Source: an uncultured Pirellulales bacterium (lineage in GTDB: Bacteria > Planctomycetota > Phycisphaerae > Sedimentisphaerales > Anaerobacaceae). Taken from it: a DNA stretch of 57,769 nucleotides. Shown piece after piece: positions 1-9,020 of this stretch. The notes beneath the pieces are model-generated. The model saw only the letters and a program-made list of their open reading frames with translations. It was not told the origin of the DNA and ran no database searches. The position numbers and the translations under genes were made by a program. Numbering within the stretch: the first letter of the stretch is position 1; each line of letters starts with the position of its first letter. The stretch is from positions 1-57,769 of the forward strand of contig CAZRMQ010000002.1 of assembly GCA_964601185.1 (NCBI GenBank), written 5' to 3'.

Positions 1-172
1 ATTGTCGAGAATCCTCTACAAATCGGCCCTATTTTATGCAAAACAAAGCCAATTTACGAAAAAGTCAAATGGATGTAAAGTTAATTATAACAAGGGATTA
101 TGAGAAAAAGTTGAACTGGACATTTGGTGAAAACAAACCCAAACAAAGCCAATCTCAAAACGGCTGCTGTCT

Positions 173-859
173 TCAAAGCTCGGCTAAAAGGGCGGGTAAT
201 TGCCTAAGCTCGTGGATTATATGCCGCGCAGAAGCCTCCCTGCTTTCTTGCGAAAGCAAGAAGGGAGGTCTATGAATACGGGCGGGACGGATTATCTGAA
301 TAGTCAAAATGCCCAATTTGTTCGGGCCGACAAAGTCCTTTTCTTCATTGTCGGCAACGTACACAGTAGTTTCAGCCTTCGTGTTCAGTGTTTTCAGCAG
401 CTTTTCAAAGCCGGCTGGCGATGGTTTCCAGCAATTTCGGCCGAGCTGCTCAGTATAAATTATGCACTTAAAATATTTTTCGATTCCAAGAGCCTGCACC
501 TTCAATTGCTGGGCCGGCAGGAAGCCATCCGTCAGCAGAGCCAACGTGTATTTATCGCTCAGTTCAGCAAGGACGTCCCTGCTGTCGTCCGGCAGGGCGA
601 TTTTCGGAACGTGATTACGGTAGACATTTATCAGCTTTTGAATAAGGTCGTCATCGTAGTTGATGCCAAGCTCTTCAAGGGATGCATTAAATGTTTTTTT
701 ATGATTGCCGGCTACAAACTGTTTCCAGAGGGCGGCAAAGATGCTCTCAGCAGATGCTTGATAGGCGAGGAACTCGGCAACAGAGGCGAAGCCGCTTCTG
801 CAATATTCGACTTCGTCATAAAGCGTATCATCTAAATCAAAAACAACGGTTGTTATCAT
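173..859 (-). CDS. HAD-superfamily hydrolase/phosphatase (IA-like)
   Basis: 228-aa ORF. N-terminal motif I is VVFDLDDTLYDE (DxDxT nucleophile). Later LLTDG and a C-terminal acidic YVADNEEKD segment fit HAD motifs. Confidence 0.8.
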   Translation of the reverse strand: MITTVVFDLDDTLYDEVEYCRSGFASVAEFLAYQASAESIFAALWKQFVAGNHKKTFNASLEELGINYDDDLIQKLINVYRNHVPKIALPDDSRDVLAELSDKYTLALLTDGFLPAQQLKVQALGIEKYFKCIIYTEQLGRNCWKPSPAGFEKLLKTLNTKAETTVYVADNEEKDFVGPNKLGILTIQIIRPARIHRPPFLLSQESREASARHIIHELRQLPALLAEL

Positions 860-880
860 GCGGGTAACTGATAGCCAGGC

Positions 881-1975
881 TCAATATTTTTGGAACATTT
901 GTCCCCACTCGGTTTTCATAAATTTGTGTATTCTTATTCTGCCGATTGTAGGATACCAGAGAAAGTCGTGGTACAAATTTGAGGCAAACGGCGCCCATAT
1001 AACCAACGGCGAATGCAGCAATGGCTTTTCAAGAAATCTCAAAAATCCTAATCGAAGCATCTGGTCGCCCCAGATGACAAGACTTTTTTTTGTAGTAAAA
1101 CCAAAATTCACATCGTCAATTGTTTCGCCGCGTATTTCTATATTATCGGGATTGCCGATTCCGAGGCCCATTTCGTCGCACATACGAATATAAGGAATCT
1201 CCATAGGATTATAGCCCATCATCCTGGCTGCTACCGCGTCAATAGCGACAGAATCGGCGCTTGCGAGGATGAAGTTCTTGATTTTGGGGACCATTGTTCT
1301 CGGCCCTGCTCCGTCACCGCAGACTGTTCCGTCCATTACAGCGAAAATTCCCGGATGCAGCTCTTTCTGCATAATCATTAAGTCCACAAGAACTTCATGG
1401 ATATATTTGTGTGCGTAGTGCCGTACTTCTTTAAGCAGGCCGCCAAAGGCATTTTTGATCGCTCCTGTAGTCTGGGAGTGGCCGTGTGTTTTTAAGGTCG
1501 GAAGATGAATTACATTTTTCCCTATAAACATCTCCGGGATTTCAATGCCTTCGGGAAAAATCTGGTCCAGCTTCAGAAGTTTGTGTTTGAATTTATATTT
1601 AATCCAATCCGTATCAGGCAGTGATATGAAATTAAGTCTATATTTGTCAAGTATAGGCATCCATTTATTATTATGAGCGCCTTTGACAGGGTTGGTGACG
1701 ACTGTTTTGTTTTCGACGGGCCAGAGTTTTTCTGCTGAGAAACCATCCTCAATTAGAGTCTTTACTACGCCTTCCACCTGCCAGGGCTGTGAGGAGCAAG
1801 CCGGGAAATATTTTGTCCAGGACAGGTTAAGCTTTATAAGAGTATCGTTGTCCTTAGAGATGAATTTGCCGTATTCAGCGAGGTGCATAGCTTCTCTGTA
1901 GGTGTCTAAGACCGTTTCGGGAGTGGTTTTCAACACTGCTACTAATGATTTCTGGTTTTGTGAATTTTTATTCAT
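881..1975 (-). CDS. DUF362-like protein of unknown function
   Basis: 364-aa ORF, 21 nt upstream of the HAD gene on the same strand. The N-terminal pattern (VAVLKT..PETVLDTYREAM..AEYGKFISKDNDTLIKLNLSW) and central GHSQTTGAIKN..GG resemble DUF362 proteins as I recall them. This is not verified by search. Confidence 0.55.
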   Translation of the reverse strand: MNKNSQNQKSLVAVLKTTPETVLDTYREAMHLAEYGKFISKDNDTLIKLNLSWTKYFPACSSQPWQVEGVVKTLIEDGFSAEKLWPVENKTVVTNPVKGAHNNKWMPILDKYRLNFISLPDTDWIKYKFKHKLLKLDQIFPEGIEIPEMFIGKNVIHLPTLKTHGHSQTTGAIKNAFGGLLKEVRHYAHKYIHEVLVDLMIMQKELHPGIFAVMDGTVCGDGAGPRTMVPKIKNFILASADSVAIDAVAARMMGYNPMEIPYIRMCDEMGLGIGNPDNIEIRGETIDDVNFGFTTKKSLVIWGDQMLRLGFLRFLEKPLLHSPLVIWAPFASNLYHDFLWYPTIGRIRIHKFMKTEWGQMFQKY

Positions 1976-2123
1976 AGGTTTCTCTTATGAGAATCGGTAT
2001 TAAAACAAAAGTTTAGACTATACAACCGTTAATTTCCTATTGTATACTAATCCCGATTTATTGGGATGACAACAATAAAGCTACAACTTGACTATATATT
2101 GGGATGTTTCGGCAGGATATAAA

Positions 2124-3023
2124 ATGAAAGATTACATTTTGCTAATGCGTCCCTCTCACTGGTGCAAGAACATTTTTCTTTTTGTCGGCCTGATATTCGG
2201 AGGCAAGCTTCTCGGGTCGTCTGGTGAAGTGCTCTTGGCTATCGGTAGTTCTGTTGGTGGTTTCTTCTGTTTTTCTTTGGCGGCTTCGGCTATCTATGTT
2301 CTTAACGATATGATTGATGCCCCAATGGACCGCCTGCACCCCGCAAAATGCAAAAGGCCAATTGCCACCGGCAAGGTTAGCATTGGCTCAGCCGCTTTGT
2401 TGTCCATTGTAAGTGCTATTGTTGCAGTTGTCGGCAGCTTCATTCTTGCTCATAATTTTGCACTCGTTATCTTAACATATATAGTTCTGATGATTCTTTA
2501 CTCGCTTGCGCTAAGAAGAGTGATGATCCTTGACTGCGTGGTAATATCAATCGGCTTTTGCCTTCGGGCGATTGCCGGAGCGGTTGTAGTGGATGTGCCT
2601 ATCTCGCCCTGGCTGATTATTTGTACATTCGCTTTGAGTCTGTTTTTGGCGTTCGGCAAACGTCGCAGTGAAATAGCTATGTTAGGTGAAGACAGCGAGT
2701 CGTTTCGCAAAACTCTGGCCGGCTATACTCCGGAGCTGCTGTCACATATGCTTGACGTAACAAGCGGCCTGGCTGTGATATGCTTTTTGCTTTATGCAAT
2801 GGACGACAGAACGTTTAATATCTTTGGCACTAATAATCTTGTCTATACTACGCCGTTTGTTCTGTACTGCGTATTCCGATTCAGCGCGCTAATACAACAG
2901 GGCAGATTCTCCGGTATAGTAGAGCTTATACTGCATGATTTGCCGTTTCAAATTGGCTTTGTGCTTTGGATTATATCTTGTATTGGAATTATTTATGCTG
3001 AGAAACTCAGTTTCGTGAAGTGA
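2124..3023 (+). CDS. UbiA-family prenyltransferase, decaprenyl-phosphate phosphoribosyltransferase (DPPR synthase)-like
   Basis: Polytopic membrane ORF. The first Asp-rich motif NDMIDAPMDRLHPAKCKRPIATGKVS matches the NDxxDxxxDRxHPxKxxRPxAxG signature of DPPR-synthase-type UbiA enzymes. The ORF track starts at 2088; ATG 2124 is preferred because AGGA lies 6 nt upstream. Confidence 0.8.
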   Translation: MKDYILLMRPSHWCKNIFLFVGLIFGGKLLGSSGEVLLAIGSSVGGFFCFSLAASAIYVLNDMIDAPMDRLHPAKCKRPIATGKVSIGSAALLSIVSAIVAVVGSFILAHNFALVILTYIVLMILYSLALRRVMILDCVVISIGFCLRAIAGAVVVDVPISPWLIICTFALSLFLAFGKRRSEIAMLGEDSESFRKTLAGYTPELLSHMLDVTSGLAVICFLLYAMDDRTFNIFGTNNLVYTTPFVLYCVFRFSALIQQGRFSGIVELILHDLPFQIGFVLWIISCIGIIYAEKLSFVK

Positions 3024-3040
3024 CTAAAGTGCCTTAAATT

Positions 3041-3090
3041 CTTGTCTCTCCACAGGATGCCTCACGGCAGAGCGAAGTCGAGAGAATGGA
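3041..3090. repeat. 50-nt dispersed REP-like repeat, copy 1 (copy 2 at 39839..39888)
   Basis: cttgtctctccacaggatgcctcacggcagagcgaagtcgagagaatgga matches 39839..39888 at 46 of 50 positions by hand alignment. It lies in the intergenic/5-prime region before the CapD-like gene and inflates the ORF-track start at 3042. Confidence 0.75.
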
Positions 3091-3143
3091 TTATAACTTT
3101 TGCTCACTTTAGGCTCTTTATATTCCGCGCGGGACTACGGTGC

Positions 3144-5126
3144 ATGGAAGATATACCTGAGATGTTCACAAATAAGCAGCTAAAAAACAACAATCAAAAC
3201 CAATTAAAATTTCTCACCTTACCTTCCACAGGCCTGCTTGCGTTTCGCAAGCCACTGATAATCCTTGCTCATATAAACGCCTTTGCTGTTTCTCTGTTAC
3301 TTTCTTTTTTGGTAGTAAACGAGATGCAGTTCAAACAGGCATGGCTTGATGTATATCCAAATCTGCTAATATTTGTTCTCATCGTCAAGCTGCTGGTATT
3401 CGGGCTTTTCAGGCAGTACCGTGGCTGGTGGCGTTACGTGGGCATTTCCGACCTGCTCGGGATACTACGCGCGTCGTTGTTTAGTACCTTGATTATAGTA
3501 GCTTTCTGGTTTTCGGTGAGCTATATAGATTCTATTCGTCCGAATTTACCGCTAGGTATGGACAAGGTCGCTGAAGGCGTATGTGTGGCAGATATGTTTA
3601 CAACGGTACTAATACTCGGCGGATTACGGATGATAATTCGGCTGTACTATGAAGAGTTTCGCACCGTAGAAAGTGGACGATTGAAACGGTTTCTCATTGT
3701 CGGCGCAGGCAATGCAGGCGAAGCATTACTGCGTGAAATCCACCGTATGCCTGTTGCCGAATATGAGGTTATCGGTTTTATCGATGACGATCCTGCCAAG
3801 CGAGGTATAAGTATTCATGGAATATCCGTTCTCGGGACTGTTGAAAAGCTGCCCGAAATCTGCGCCGACCGCAATATCGAAGAAATCGCCATTGCTATGC
3901 CATCGGCTACGCACCAGCAGTTAAGGCGAGTCATTCAGGTTTGCGAGGGCACCAAAATCCGGTTCCGGACGGTGCCGGCAATTACTGATATTGCATCAGG
4001 TAAATTCCGCGTTTCTCAGATTCGTGACATCGATATCAATGATTTGCTTGGCAGAGAGGCTATCCAGCTCGATCTGGATTTAATAGAGGCCTTTGCAAAA
4101 GACAAAATTATCCTTGTCACCGGGGCCGGCGGCTCCATCGGCTCGGAAATGTGCAGGCAGCTATGTAAATTTGAACCAGAATTGCTTCTGCTTGTTGAAC
4201 AGGCTGAAAATCCACTTTTTTATATTGAAAAGGAGCTGCACAAGCAGTATCCCCAAGTCAGCATGGAAACGATAATCTGCGACATTACCGACAAGCCGCG
4301 CGCGGAGGAAATTTTCGAGCAGTATAAACCGCAGGTCGTCATTCACGCTGCCGCCCACAAGCATGTACCCTTAATGGAGCTAAATCCGTCTGAGGCCATC
4401 AAAAATAATGTTGGAGGCACAAAAACTGTTGCCGACGCCGCGGATAAATTCGGCATCACAAATTTTGTAATGATAAGCACCGATAAAGCCGTCAATCCAA
4501 CCAGCGTAATGGGTTCATCCAAGCGGATTGCGGAGATATATATACAGGACTTAAGCCGGACAAGTAACACTCACTTTGTGACAGTTCGTTTCGGCAATGT
4601 GCTTGACTCCGAAGGCTCGGTTGTGCCTATATTCAAAAAGCAAATAGCCGAAGGCGGCCCGGTGACCGTTACGCATCCCGACATGAAGCGATATTTTATG
4701 ACCATTCCTGAGGCGAGCCAGCTCGTCCTTCAGGCGGCAACTATGGGAAAAGGTGGAGAAATCTTCGTGCTCGATATGGGTGAGCCAGTAAAAATTGTAG
4801 ACTTAGCCAGGGAGCTTATTACCCTCAGCGGCTTCAGGCCCGGCGAAGATATCGAAATAGTCTTTACCGGCCCCAGGCCGGGCGAAAAGCTATTTGAAGA
4901 GCTGCGGATAAAAGGCGAAGACATGCAGCACACAAGGCATCCCAAAATCAGTATATGGAAGAACATCCCAATGGAACGAGACAGGCTTCGTGCCGGCATA
5001 GGCGAGCTTATGAATATTGCCAGGAATCAAAACCACAACGAAATAATTCAAAAAATCAAAGAGCTTGTCCCTGAATACATTGGCAATGCTAATAATGTAA
5101 ACCAAGCCCCGCTTGTATCCGTGTGA
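3144..5126 (+). CDS. Membrane-bound polysaccharide biosynthesis protein, CapD/WbpM/PglF-type NDP-sugar 4,6-dehydratase
   Basis: N-terminal TM helices, then two Rossmann motifs (FLIVGAGNAGEAL and ILVTGAGGSIGSE) and the family block MISTDKAVNPTSVMGSSKRIAE. The start is uncertain (ATG 3144 or 3162) because the ORF-track start 3042 runs through a REP-like repeat. Confidence 0.85.
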   Translation: MEDIPEMFTNKQLKNNNQNQLKFLTLPSTGLLAFRKPLIILAHINAFAVSLLLSFLVVNEMQFKQAWLDVYPNLLIFVLIVKLLVFGLFRQYRGWWRYVGISDLLGILRASLFSTLIIVAFWFSVSYIDSIRPNLPLGMDKVAEGVCVADMFTTVLILGGLRMIIRLYYEEFRTVESGRLKRFLIVGAGNAGEALLREIHRMPVAEYEVIGFIDDDPAKRGISIHGISVLGTVEKLPEICADRNIEEIAIAMPSATHQQLRRVIQVCEGTKIRFRTVPAITDIASGKFRVSQIRDIDINDLLGREAIQLDLDLIEAFAKDKIILVTGAGGSIGSEMCRQLCKFEPELLLLVEQAENPLFYIEKELHKQYPQVSMETIICDITDKPRAEEIFEQYKPQVVIHAAAHKHVPLMELNPSEAIKNNVGGTKTVADAADKFGITNFVMISTDKAVNPTSVMGSSKRIAEIYIQDLSRTSNTHFVTVRFGNVLDSEGSVVPIFKKQIAEGGPVTVTHPDMKRYFMTIPEASQLVLQAATMGKGGEIFVLDMGEPVKIVDLARELITLSGFRPGEDIEIVFTGPRPGEKLFEELRIKGEDMQHTRHPKISIWKNIPMERDRLRAGIGELMNIARNQNHNEIIQKIKELVPEYIGNANNVNQAPLVSV

Positions 5127-5235
5127 TAATCGTAGTTCTAATACATAGGTGGGGTTAGTCAATAAATAAAACTATTTGCCGCGGCTAAGTGCTTTTTTAT
5201 TAGTCAACTTAAGAAACTACTTTTCAGGACTTCCC

Positions 5236-6660
5236 CTATTTTTCATCAGGCTGCTTTTGAAGTGATTTTCTTTCTATCCAACTTTGAAGCTCAGCCTCCT
5301 GCTTATTTTCTTCCTGGATAATCTGCTCAGGTGATTTAGGATTTTTAATGGCTGTAAGGTCCTCCAACTTCACGCCGGAGAATCCTACTTTACCCTTAGG
5401 GTCGTCGCAGCTAAATCTTACCCAGACAGTAATTTCATTCGCATCAGACGGTAAGGTGATGTTAGAGCTATTTGTGCCATCTTTTAACTTGGTATAGCCG
5501 GTAATAGCAAAATCAAATTCCCTTTTTGTCGTTCTATCCGGCCCAAAGGCAGCGATCTGCGCTGCTTCTGGACCGCTTTTGCTGTTCGGGAGAGACGCCA
5601 ATCCCGCCATCTGCTTGCCTGTTAAATCTTTTTTATCTTTACCGGTAGGTACTGCGTGGATTGAGAATGACCAATTGCCTTTGACGGAATCCATATTAAG
5701 TGTATTCATACACGCGGTGAGCCTATAGGTATGCCCAGGTATCAATCCAAGGAATTTCCTGTATATGCCATGCACAGTGCCCTTCGGCACAGCCTTTATA
5801 ACTTGATAAAATGGTTTGGTCAAAAGTGTTTTGGAAAGAGTACCAAAACGGGCATAAGATTCTATTTCCCGCTCTTCAAAAGATATTTTACTTTGTTCTT
5901 TGACCGTACTCCAGGATACCCAATTTGGAGCTATACCTTCGTTAAATGGAATACCGAATGTTTCTTCTTGGCAGTAACCATTATCGCTTACGTGAATAGC
6001 AGTAGCATTTGAGGGTATATTATCTCGAAAACCAACCACCCAAAAATCCATATCGTCAATGTTCAATGGTATTCTTTCTCTATCAATAATAAAACTGTTT
6101 GAGTTACCATTAATTTTCCTGCCAAACCTATTGTCAAAATCTGTCCAATAACCATTAATCAAAATGAAATCATATTCACTAGAAGTGTTTTCCCAATTCA
6201 GTAAGAGTTCATCTTTTTCTTTATGGTATGAACAGCTTAGAAATCGGGGCGGTTTTGGAATACCCAGACCCGTCTCTGTACCTCCTATTATGTATGATTC
6301 GGGTCCGAATGGTAATATTAGAACATCTTCCGATGCATGCGCCTGAAAGCCACCAACCCATAGCCAGTGGGGATCGTATTCAACTCGTCGAGTTTGTCTG
6401 GAGTGGTGTGCATTTATGGTATCTGCAAGACGTTGTGCAATAGACTCAACCGATTCGCCAGTCTTGGTTTCAATTGAAACATGTTTAACATATCTATTTC
6501 CTGTCTTAGCCAAAACAAGTATACCCCCTGAAGCTTCTCCTTTAAATGATAACCCCCATGTTGGGAATCTTCCGCCAGATCCACAAATTTTTTGATTTGA
6601 AAAAACTACAATTAACAGTATAAAGATTATTATATTTAGTGGGTATTTTTTTAACTTCAT
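5236..6660 (-). CDS. Secreted protein of unknown function, last gene of the 12729->5236 operon
   Basis: 474-aa ORF with an N-terminal signal sequence (MKLKKYPLNIIIFILLIVVFSNQ). The C-terminal ~150 aa look beta-rich/jelly-roll-like (ITVWVRFSCDDPKGKVGFSGVKLEDL). I recognise no family. Confidence 0.6.
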   Translation of the reverse strand: MKLKKYPLNIIIFILLIVVFSNQKICGSGGRFPTWGLSFKGEASGGILVLAKTGNRYVKHVSIETKTGESVESIAQRLADTINAHHSRQTRRVEYDPHWLWVGGFQAHASEDVLILPFGPESYIIGGTETGLGIPKPPRFLSCSYHKEKDELLLNWENTSSEYDFILINGYWTDFDNRFGRKINGNSNSFIIDRERIPLNIDDMDFWVVGFRDNIPSNATAIHVSDNGYCQEETFGIPFNEGIAPNWVSWSTVKEQSKISFEEREIESYARFGTLSKTLLTKPFYQVIKAVPKGTVHGIYRKFLGLIPGHTYRLTACMNTLNMDSVKGNWSFSIHAVPTGKDKKDLTGKQMAGLASLPNSKSGPEAAQIAAFGPDRTTKREFDFAITGYTKLKDGTNSSNITLPSDANEITVWVRFSCDDPKGKVGFSGVKLEDLTAIKNPKSPEQIIQEENKQEAELQSWIERKSLQKQPDEK

Positions 6661-6693
6661 TGCAATCTCCTTTCAAATGGAATCGGATTTTAG

Positions 6694-7863
6694 TTAGCCT
6701 GGGTAACCAGGGTGATCGCTAGATGGACCCGGACAAGGTTCAGAATATGTAGGGTTTGGCCATGGTGCACAGGGACACTCGCTTCCGTCCTCTCTCCACC
6801 AATTTATGCATCCTACACCATCTACACAATCAAATTCTACATACCTATAACACCAATAACCCCAACATCCTTCCCCACTCCAATCATATTTATGATCATT
6901 ACAAGATGCCTGATTCGTTTTAAGAAAAAGTTTTTTCCCAGGATGGGAATATTTATATCTAAAAGCGTTCAAACCGCCGATCCAAACACAACAGCCAACT
7001 TCAGTTTGTCTTGGTTGTGGTGTGCCCACATTGTACCACCAGGAATATGCCTTTAACCCCAAATGATTCCCAGTATCACAATATACCCATAAATAATTGT
7101 CACAATCATCCATAGTAAAAGCCTGATTTTCTGGAGGACAAGACCATGCCGGCATAAATTCCTCCCAATATCCAGTTGAAGACGGAGTCTTAACAATAAT
7201 TGTATCCCCTGAAGCGGAACCACCACATTTTGCTCTTATAACGTAATCTCCTAATTTAGTAATACCTGAAAGCGTTGTAGTCGCAGAGCCGGAAGTCGGA
7301 TTCAACGACGGATTTGCTCCATCCGGCTTACTTACAATTTCCCAGTGTGGCTCACCAGAAGGAAATGACATACCTGGGGGACTAGGTTTTGCCTCAAGAT
7401 CCACAGTTTCACAAGGACACACGTATATAGGTCCTTCATCTGAAGTCCCGGCTTTTACTACCTTGTCCACCCCCACGAAGGTAAACTGGATTTCCGGCTG
7501 AGGAGGCACAGGTATTTCATCTGCTCCAAAATAATACCCAAGGTACTGAAACCATAGACTTTTAGGGCCGCCAGGTATTATTCCTTCCACATAAAGTGTA
7601 GCCGGAAAAGAGCCATAACCACAAGCATTCCACGTTGTACCATTTGTTATCTCATTCTGCTTCAAGGCGTTACTCCAGACCTTAATAATTTGAGGTTGAT
7701 CTATGGCCAATCTAACTTTATCATTGCATCTCGGAGTGTCAACAGAAAGGTGAATCGCAACCAGATCATCCTCACCTGACACCGTTCCATCATCCAAGTC
7801 TGAAATGCCGTTGTCGTTATTATCATCATCATTTACAGCGACATAATAACTATCAGCAGACAA
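6694..7863 (-). CDS. Unknown protein with a TSP3-like acidic Ca-binding stretch, a GEPHW Ig-like module and a Cys/Trp-rich C-terminal domain; the 5-prime end is probably disrupted
   Basis: 389-aa ORF with only a TTG start and no signal peptide. The same frame is open upstream to a TAA at 7949..7951, and another frame is open from TTG 8051. It shares the module GEPHW...AKCGG...IIVK with the 725-aa protein upstream. Confidence 0.55.
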   Translation of the reverse strand: MSADSYYVAVNDDDNNDNGISDLDDGTVSGEDDLVAIHLSVDTPRCNDKVRLAIDQPQIIKVWSNALKQNEITNGTTWNACGYGSFPATLYVEGIIPGGPKSLWFQYLGYYFGADEIPVPPQPEIQFTFVGVDKVVKAGTSDEGPIYVCPCETVDLEAKPSPPGMSFPSGEPHWEIVSKPDGANPSLNPTSGSATTTLSGITKLGDYVIRAKCGGSASGDTIIVKTPSSTGYWEEFMPAWSCPPENQAFTMDDCDNYLWVYCDTGNHLGLKAYSWWYNVGTPQPRQTEVGCCVWIGGLNAFRYKYSHPGKKLFLKTNQASCNDHKYDWSGEGCWGYWCYRYVEFDCVDGVGCINWWREDGSECPCAPWPNPTYSEPCPGPSSDHPGYPG

Positions 7864-8047
7864 GCTATTATCAACAACCCAAACCGTGATACTGTCAGCA
7901 TCCGAGCCATAGTAATTCCAAACCCATAAGATAGGCGTAGATACGAAGCATTAGGATTGAGGCTATAAATAAAATTATTCGCTGCGGCTATGTGATGATT
8001 TAGAGGTCCACTAATCGTTTCTTTCCCTAATAAAATTAAACACACTT

Positions 8048-8962
8048 TCAATGTGGTTTTCGAACCCGAAAAAAGTTTTTATCGAAATTCGCATAGTAAC
8101 TTGGTAGCCAGGATCCTTCTTCGACCTTAAGAAAATAAAAACCAATGCTTTTACCATCGTTCCACCAGTTTACCATGCGAAACCAATAATTATACGACAT
8201 CGATGAATTATCCCAATCAGGATTGTTGGGATCCATTTGCCGATGGATTTCAGCATCTTCCTTCGGAGGAGAAACACCAGCTTCATGAACTGTTTGAGGT
8301 CTGCCCCAAACCGCTCGATCCTCCGGCATATACTTTACTAACTCGGGGCGGAATGAGTAGCTTGCAATCTTCTTGTCGAGTCTCTTTAATGGTACCTTTT
8401 CTCCGTCCGCGCTCCATCTATAACCTGTTTTATTAAATATTTCCAAGCAAAGATGCTTTGCATTTTCAATCTTCTCCTCGCGCTCCGCCCCAGTGATTCG
8501 GCCCCCCAAAGGAGAAACTTTTATAGCAAAGATGCTCGCAGTTTGAGAGATATCTACCCTGTAGTCATTTATCTCCCAAGTTGCGCGGACCACGTCTCGC
8601 CCCTCAAACTCATCTCTGATAAAAATAAGCTCAGGATTCTTATCTGGGAGCCATTGCTTTGCAATAACCTTGTTCAGCCATTCCTGGCACTGCTTTTTTG
8701 GCCATACCAACTCAACTGCATTATTATCTACTCGGTTCGGTCCATTCAGAACCGATGGTGCTGGCCACTGAAAAAGCCTATCCATTGGAGGGCGAATCAC
8801 CTGATCCAAACGTGTTGGATCAAGTTTATTAGCAGCATTTTTTCCTGACCCGCCAAATCCTATGCTCATTGCAGCAAAAACCACAACCAAAAACGTGTAG
8901 ATGATAACATGTTTATTCTGACTCGTTTCCATTTCTTTCTCCTTTCTAAACTTTGTGCCCAC
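8048..8962 (-). CDS. N-terminally membrane-anchored protein of unknown function
   Basis: 304-aa ORF with one hydrophobic helix near the N-terminus (HVIIYTFLVVVFAAMSIGFGG). It sits in the operon between the PKD/Ig protein and the Cys/Trp-rich protein. No recognisable motif. Confidence 0.6.
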   Translation of the reverse strand: MGTKFRKEKEMETSQNKHVIIYTFLVVVFAAMSIGFGGSGKNAANKLDPTRLDQVIRPPMDRLFQWPAPSVLNGPNRVDNNAVELVWPKKQCQEWLNKVIAKQWLPDKNPELIFIRDEFEGRDVVRATWEINDYRVDISQTASIFAIKVSPLGGRITGAEREEKIENAKHLCLEIFNKTGYRWSADGEKVPLKRLDKKIASYSFRPELVKYMPEDRAVWGRPQTVHEAGVSPPKEDAEIHRQMDPNNPDWDNSSMSYNYWFRMVNWWNDGKSIGFYFLKVEEGSWLPSYYANFDKNFFRVRKPH

Positions 8963-9020
8963 TGCTTAATCACTATTTCATTTTTTTTCACGATACCACC
9001 TTAATCAGACTTTTACTGGT

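Noticed and set aside
1-172. A/C-rich segment at the window edge with the 13-mer AAACAAAGCCAAT at about 43..55 and 141..153; also the 79-aa ORF at 36..275
   Set aside because: The ORF has no motif and overlaps the HAD gene end. A 13-nt direct repeat can arise by chance in a window this size, and the element is truncated by the window edge, so nothing can be concluded.
200-835. 211-aa plus-strand ORF fully overlapping the HAD hydrolase gene. The same situation applies to 10050..10925 (+), 21034..21561 (-), 22813..23343 (-), 30011..30742 (-), 33611..34213 (-), 38588..39064 (-), 41765..42463 (+), 44708..45175 (-), 46742..47560 (-) and 48074..48517 (-).
   Set aside because: All are antisense shadow ORFs inside genes that carry strong family motifs on the other strand. 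Their translations are low-complexity or Arg/Cys/Ser-rich with no motifs and no start context.
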